From contig CAWHAA010000005.1 in NCBI GenBank assembly GCA_963827275.1, positions 128,001-192,000 on the forward strand: DNA of 64,000 nucleotides, in the 5' to 3' direction. The position numbers and the translations under genes are program-made. Below are positions 58,949 to 64,000 of the stretch, one piece after another. The notes beneath the pieces are model-generated. The model made no database searches. It worked only from the letters and a program-made list of their open reading frames with translations, and was not told the origin of the DNA. This DNA comes from an uncultured Spirochaetota bacterium (GTDB lineage Bacteria; Spirochaetota; UBA4802; UBA5550). Positions within the stretch are counted from its first letter, which is position 1. Each line of letters begins with the position of its first letter.

Positions 58949-61087
58949 CTACCGCCTCCAGACGCACGATACCGTGGCGCCCCCGTCACTGTTGCCGCCT
59001 ATGCGTATCGACGCGCCGATGGCGTTCGCCCGGTACTGCATGATCCTGAGGCCCAGGCCCCTGGCACGCTCGGATTCGGGGGGTATCCCCGTGCCGTCGT
59101 CCCTGATGTCGAGATGGATTTGCCCTTTTTTATTTCTGAGCGTGATGCCGATGTGTTCCGCCCTGCCGTGCTTGATCGCGTTATTCACCGATTCCTGCAC
59201 GATATAATGGAACTGGGTCTCGACGATGCTGTCATTGACGTACAGGTCCGCATCATATTCCAGGGTGCATGAAACAGGAAACATGCCCTCGATTCCCCTG
59301 ACGAGCCGGGCGAGCGCGACAATGATTCCTCCCGAATCCACTTCGACCGGGGAGAGGCCGCGGGAAAGGAGCCGCGTGTGGTCTTTGGCCTCGTTGATGA
59401 GGGCGGACACCGCGCGCGCTTCCTCGGCCTCGGGGAGCGACTTGTTCGCGAGCTTTTTAGCCAGTGACTCGCACAGGAAGCCGGTGCCGGTCAGTATCTG
59501 CCCGAGGTCATCGTGGAGGTCGCGCCCGATCCGCTGCTGCTCCTTCATGCTTATTTCCAGGACCTCGCGCTCGAGGTACTTGCGGTCGGTAATGTCCGTG
59601 AACACGGCGACAAAGCCCGAGAAGCCCCCGCTGTCGCCCGCCAGGGGACGGAGGGACACGATGGTGAAGACCTTTTCACCGGCACCCGTCCGCAGGGCGA
59701 TCTCGTACTGGATCTTCCGCGCGCGTTTCTTGAAAAAGGCCGTATTCCGGAAATTCTCCCGGTCGTCTTCGTCAATATGGTCCATGACCGGGCTGCCGAG
59801 TATCTCCCTCTTCGTCCGGCCCACCATTTCACAGAACCGGTCATTCGCGAACGTCACCTCGCCCCCGTCGCCGACCCGCACCATGCCGTCGCTCATTGTC
59901 TCAACGAGAACGCGGTACTGCTGCTCGCTCCTCCGCAGGGCGCTCTGCGCGAGCTTCCGCACGGTGATATCCTTGAGGACCGCGTGGAGCACCGGCCGGC
60001 CCGCGATCGGGATGGCGGTCACCGATACGTCAACGGGGACCTCCCGCCCGTCAAGGGAGCGGTGCACCCATTCAAAGCTGAGGCTTTCAAGTTCATACAC
60101 GAAGTCGTAGATCTCGGCCGTGCGCTCAAAGCTGTCGGTGCCGTCCGGTTGAGCGGGCGGTGAAAGCTCCTCCATCCTTTTTCCGAGGAGCCGTTCTTTG
60201 CTCCCCGCCCTGAACAGATGAAGGGCCGCGCTGTTGCAGTCGATGATCCTTTTATCCTCCAGCAGCAGCTGTGCGTCAGCCGACTTCTCAAAGAGGTGCC
60301 GGAACTTCTCCTCGCTTTCGCCGAGGGCTATCTCAATCCGCCGCCGCTCGGTAATGTCCTGGCAGATCGACTGGCATTCTATCACCGATCCCTGAATGTC
60401 GCAGATGGCCTGCTCCGTGCACCTGAGCCATCGCTCTCCCCGCGTGGTCTGCAGCGAGTGCTCATAGGTAACGAGCCGGTTCTCACCGGCGAAGGCGGCG
60501 AAACCCGGGACCATCGATTCCCGCACCGCCCCGTGCGCAAGGCCCAGGATGCTCGTCCCGATGATCCGCTCCCTGTCGATATCGAAAAAGTGGCAGAACT
60601 CTTCGTTTGCGTAGGTTATCGTGTTCGTGTCCGGCAGGTACCGGCAGATCATGACCGGCATGTTCTCGACGATGCCGCGGTACAGCTCCTCGCTCCTTTT
60701 AAGCCTTGACTCCATCTTGTGGCGGTACAGCGCGAACTCAACGGCGATATGCAGCTCGCTGACATTAACCGGCTTCAGGAGAAAACCGTATGGGCTGGTC
60801 ATCCGCGCCCTGCCGATCATATCCTCATCGTTATAGGCGGTCAGGAAAATTACCGGCACATCGTACGAGACGGCGATGCTCCCGGCGGCATCGATACCGT
60901 CCCCGGGACCGCTGAGCACAATGTCCATGAGGACAAGGTCGGGGTTTGTTTCCGGGATGGATTTCATGACTTCCTCGAGCGAGGACGCCACGAACGGGAC
61001 GTCATACCCGTATCCCTCGAGCACGGCCTTCATGTACATGCCGGACACGACGTCGTCTTCCACCACCAGTATTCGGGGGCTTCCCAT
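58949..61087 (-). CDS. Cytoplasmic REC-PAS-PAS-PAS-HisKA_3 histidine kinase
   Basis: N-terminal REC (VVEDD, MDI, KP), three PAS/PAC repeats ending DIT.R, RDLHDDLGQ, ESVNNAIKHG, DDGTG and GLGL. Confidence 0.92.
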   Translation of the reverse strand: MGSPRILVVEDDVVSGMYMKAVLEGYGYDVPFVASSLEEVMKSIPETNPDLVLMDIVLSGPGDGIDAAGSIAVSYDVPVIFLTAYNDEDMIGRARMTSPYGFLLKPVNVSELHIAVEFALYRHKMESRLKRSEELYRGIVENMPVMICRYLPDTNTITYANEEFCHFFDIDRERIIGTSILGLAHGAVRESMVPGFAAFAGENRLVTYEHSLQTTRGERWLRCTEQAICDIQGSVIECQSICQDITERRRIEIALGESEEKFRHLFEKSADAQLLLEDKRIIDCNSAALHLFRAGSKERLLGKRMEELSPPAQPDGTDSFERTAEIYDFVYELESLSFEWVHRSLDGREVPVDVSVTAIPIAGRPVLHAVLKDITVRKLAQSALRRSEQQYRVLVETMSDGMVRVGDGGEVTFANDRFCEMVGRTKREILGSPVMDHIDEDDRENFRNTAFFKKRARKIQYEIALRTGAGEKVFTIVSLRPLAGDSGGFSGFVAVFTDITDRKYLEREVLEISMKEQQRIGRDLHDDLGQILTGTGFLCESLAKKLANKSLPEAEEARAVSALINEAKDHTRLLSRGLSPVEVDSGGIIVALARLVRGIEGMFPVSCTLEYDADLYVNDSIVETQFHYIVQESVNNAIKHGRAEHIGITLRNKKGQIHLDIRDDGTGIPPESERARGLGLRIMQYRANAIGASIRIGGNSDGGATVSCVWRR

Positions 61088-61237
61088 AGGCTTTCTCCGC
61101 GAGAGTGCTTGGCCGGTCCCATGGTGGACCGGCATCTGAATGAAATCAAGTGTTTTATGAATGCGGGAGACCGCAGTTGGTCCCGTCATCAGGGGAACCG
61201 GGTGTGCCCCCGGTGCAGGGGCGCGCAGTCCGTGTGG

Positions 61238-62392
61238 TCAGATGTGCAGGAAACACCGCTCCAGGGTGGCCATGAGCGCGACGTCGTGCTCGTTTGCCGC
61301 CTCTATCACCAGGGCGTCGTTCAGGGAGCCCGCGGGCCACACCACCGCGGTGACGCCCTCGGCGGCGACCGCATCGATGCTGTCGCGCTGGGGAAAGAAC
61401 GCGTCCGACGACATGACGGCCCCCTTCAGGCTGTGCCCCTTCTTGCCGGCCTTCTCTATGGCCTGTTCCACCGCCCCGATCCGCTCCTGCTCGCCGGTCC
61501 CGACCGCCACCGCGGCGCCGTTCTTCACGAACACGATGCCGTTTGACCGCACATTTATGTTCACATACCAGGCAGTGAGGCAATCGTCCAGCTCCGCGTT
61601 GGTGGGCCTTCTGCGCACGATATAGTCCTTCCCGCCGTTTTTCGCCGGGTCCGCGTTGGGGATCATCGGATCGACGATAAAGTCGGCTGCCGACCTGATC
61701 CGCGTCAGGTACGGCACTTCGACGGTCAGGGACCCGTCCACCAGGTTGCGGAGGTTGTAATACCCTTCCACGTCATCCCCGATGAACTTCGGCATACTGT
61801 CCATGTTGGCGACCCTGGCGACGCGGATCGCATTGTTGAGCTTCTTCGTCCCCTCGTTTTTCCTTAAAACGTCGAGGGCCTCTTCGGTATAATCCGGGGC
61901 GATAATCCCCTCGACAAAACTCTCCATGACCGCCTCCGCGGTGGGCCCGTCCACCGGCCGGTTGAACCCGATGATGGAGCCGAACGCGCTCCGCTCGTCG
62001 CAGTTGCGCGCGATCCGGTAAATCTCCGGCAGCGTTTCGCCTCCGGTCTCCACCTTGAAGCCGCAGGGATTGACATGCTTCATGACGGCGCATGCCGGCC
62101 TGCTGAAGAACTTGAGTATGCTGAGGGCCTGGCTCATGTCCTGGAGGTTGGTGAGCGACAGGCCGTCCTTCCCTCCCTTGACGATGTCCAGGTTGCCCAC
62201 GGAAAGCTTTCTGCCGCCGGCCGGGGCGTAGGCGATGAACGGCTGGTGCGGGTTCGTTCCGTACCTGAGCTGGATCCCGACTTTTTTGAGGGGGATTTTC
62301 TTCTCGCCGATGACCAGCATGGCCTCCGGCGGGAAATCGCTCCTGATCGCCTTTTTGTACGCGTCTTTGAAAGATGAAACATCCGTTGCCAT
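61238..62392 (-). CDS. purH: Monofunctional AICAR transformylase (PurH C-terminal domain only; PurH2/PurV type)
   Basis: LRYGTNPHQ near the N-terminus, KHVNPCG, SAFG, VRSNGIV and SSDAFFP; no N-terminal IMPCH/MGS domain. Confidence 0.88.
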   Translation of the reverse strand: MATDVSSFKDAYKKAIRSDFPPEAMLVIGEKKIPLKKVGIQLRYGTNPHQPFIAYAPAGGRKLSVGNLDIVKGGKDGLSLTNLQDMSQALSILKFFSRPACAVMKHVNPCGFKVETGGETLPEIYRIARNCDERSAFGSIIGFNRPVDGPTAEAVMESFVEGIIAPDYTEEALDVLRKNEGTKKLNNAIRVARVANMDSMPKFIGDDVEGYYNLRNLVDGSLTVEVPYLTRIRSAADFIVDPMIPNADPAKNGGKDYIVRRRPTNAELDDCLTAWYVNINVRSNGIVFVKNGAAVAVGTGEQERIGAVEQAIEKAGKKGHSLKGAVMSSDAFFPQRDSIDAVAAEGVTAVVWPAGSLNDALVIEAANEHDVALMATLERCFLHI

Positions 62393-62450
62393 GCTGTCTC
62401 TCCCGGCCGATTGATTACTGCTATGCTGAATACGCGGCACCCGGCCGCGC

Positions 62451-63170
62451 CTACTTGTTCCTGTTCTTGATGACGAATTTCATTTTGCCCGCGGCATCCC
62501 GATACACGACCGCGACCGCGACCCTGAAGTCTTCACTGCCTTTCGCCGGGGCCAGCGACTTATAGAAGGCGACCGCCGCTTCCCTGGCGGTGGCGTAGGG
62601 GATATCCATGTCAAGCGGTTCCCCCGCAAACGACGGCAGCGGGTTTGCATTCGCGCCCGTGTATGTCGCCACGAGCTTGCCCTTTCCCGCCGTCTTCGGG
62701 ACCTCGAAGTAGGAGCGAGACACGGTGCCGTCGGCGGCGCGCTTTATTATCGAGAGGGCGGCGCCGTCGGCGACGCACCCGCTGATCCGCGGCGTGTAAT
62801 TCGGGTCGTCCGGCTCAAAGTCCCACGATCCCAGCGCATTGCCCAGTGCCGCGACCGCTGACACGCCCTTCTTGAACTGGGGCAGGATGTCGGAAGTCTG
62901 CTTGCCGTTGCTGACCGCGATCCACTTGAAACGACCCACCTGGATCGACGGGTAGATCAGCAGGTCGGGGTTTCCCGACTGCAGGGTCTTCTCGTCGGTG
63001 GGCTTCACGAAAACGTTTTTCTTTTCCTTTTCAAACCGGCGCGCCTGGCTCGAGGCGCTCCGCCCCGTAATGGCATACATGACAACGTCGTCGCCCGCGG
63101 GGCTCTTGCCGATGATGATGATCCGTCCGGGATATTCCATCTTTTCCAGCACTTCGAATCCTTTTTCCAT
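62451..63170 (-). CDS. purO: Archaeal-type IMP cyclohydrolase (PurO-like, Ntn fold)
   Basis: YPGRIIIIG, Y.ITGRS.SS..R, SNG.QT and FEPDDPNYTPRISG. Confidence 0.85.
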   Translation of the reverse strand: MEKGFEVLEKMEYPGRIIIIGKSPAGDDVVMYAITGRSASSQARRFEKEKKNVFVKPTDEKTLQSGNPDLLIYPSIQVGRFKWIAVSNGKQTSDILPQFKKGVSAVAALGNALGSWDFEPDDPNYTPRISGCVADGAALSIIKRAADGTVSRSYFEVPKTAGKGKLVATYTGANANPLPSFAGEPLDMDIPYATAREAAVAFYKSLAPAKGSEDFRVAVAVVYRDAAGKMKFVIKNRNK

Positions 63171-63173
63171 ACA

Positions 63174-63791
63174 TCACTCCTTATCCAGAATTCTTACGCG
63201 TCTCCCCTCAATCTTCAGTCTCCCCTCGCAATACAGCTTTATCGCTTCCGGGAGCACGCGGTGTTCTATCGCAAGCCCCCGTTCCTTGAAGCGTTCAAAT
63301 GTGTCGTCGTTTTCTATTGGATTGACTCCCTGGAGGATGATCGGCCCCGTGTCGCACCCCTCGTCGACAAAATGGACCGTGCAGCCGCTCACCTTCACGC
63401 CGTATTTCCACGCATCGCCGTATCCGTCGGTCCCGGGAAAGCTGGGAAGGAGCGCGGGATGGATATTGATGATACGGTCCCGGTAACGGCTGATGATGTG
63501 GTGCGTGAGGAGCCGCATGTAGCCCGCGAGGACGATCAGCTCGACTTCGTACCTGTTCAGCACATCGATGATGGCGTCCTCGTGGCCCTCGCGCAGCGAG
63601 AACCCCTTGCGGTCAACGAAAACAGCGGGGATGCCATGCTTCCTCGCGCGCTCAAGGCCCTGCGCCTTCTCCCTGTCGGAAATGACGCAGGCGACATTGA
63701 CCGGCAGCTCGCCGGACTCCGCCTTGTCGATAATCGACTGTAAATTCGTCCCCGACCCGGAAATCAGCACGCCGATGTTTGTCTTTTTCAT
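63174..63791 (-). CDS. purN: Phosphoribosylglycinamide formyltransferase
   Basis: LISGSGTNLQ, LAGYMRLL, NIHPALLPSFPG, GCTVHFVDEGCDTGPII. Confidence 0.97.
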   Translation of the reverse strand: MKKTNIGVLISGSGTNLQSIIDKAESGELPVNVACVISDREKAQGLERARKHGIPAVFVDRKGFSLREGHEDAIIDVLNRYEVELIVLAGYMRLLTHHIISRYRDRIINIHPALLPSFPGTDGYGDAWKYGVKVSGCTVHFVDEGCDTGPIILQGVNPIENDDTFERFKERGLAIEHRVLPEAIKLYCEGRLKIEGRRVRILDKE

Positions 63792-64000
63792 ACCTTGCTC
63801 TGCCGAATGTTTGCTCTATCACTCCGGCCCGAAGCCGCCGGTCGATCAATAAGGGAACGGACACCCGCCCCTGCGGGAATTGCACTGATAATATAAGATT
63901 ATTATGTCCCCCAAGCCTTCTGTCAAGATTAATTCACTCGATTAGCTTTAAAAATTCCTCCCTGGTCCGGATGTCGCTCCGGAAGATGCCCCGCACCACC

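Overview
GC-rich bacterial chromosomal segment, most likely from a Spirochaetota genome related to Leptospira. The basis is FlaB-type periplasmic flagellins, a spirochaete-like FliD and many spirochaetal lipoproteins; the taxonomy is inferred. Most of the window is housekeeping: an ECF sigma/ZAS anti-sigma pair, tyrS, hrcA-grpE-dnaK-dnaJ with a perfect CIRCE operator, rsmA, a TIGR03960/TIGR03936 radical SAM fusion, glutamine synthetase III, exbB-exbD-tonB, glpK, ilvE, argH, flaB-flaB-flaG-fliD, panB, a two-component system, and a purN / purO-like / AICARFT-only purine operon. I found no integrase, transposase, reverse transcriptase, CRISPR array, rRNA or tRNA. The best candidate for an undescribed system is an accessory block at about 16.6-20.4 kb. 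There, three same-orientation copies of an unannotated ~100-127-bp element with inverted ends delimit gene modules like cassettes. Other points of interest are a 187-188-bp tandem hairpin repeat next to the flagellin promoter, a membrane-anchored SpoIIE-like probable pseudo-phosphatase, a small Cys protein/hydantoinase/HDAC operon, a stand-alone degenerate MshEN protein, and several small ORFs the track missed. About 13 frame breaks, nearly all +1, cluster in six genes and look like long-read consensus errors rather than biology.
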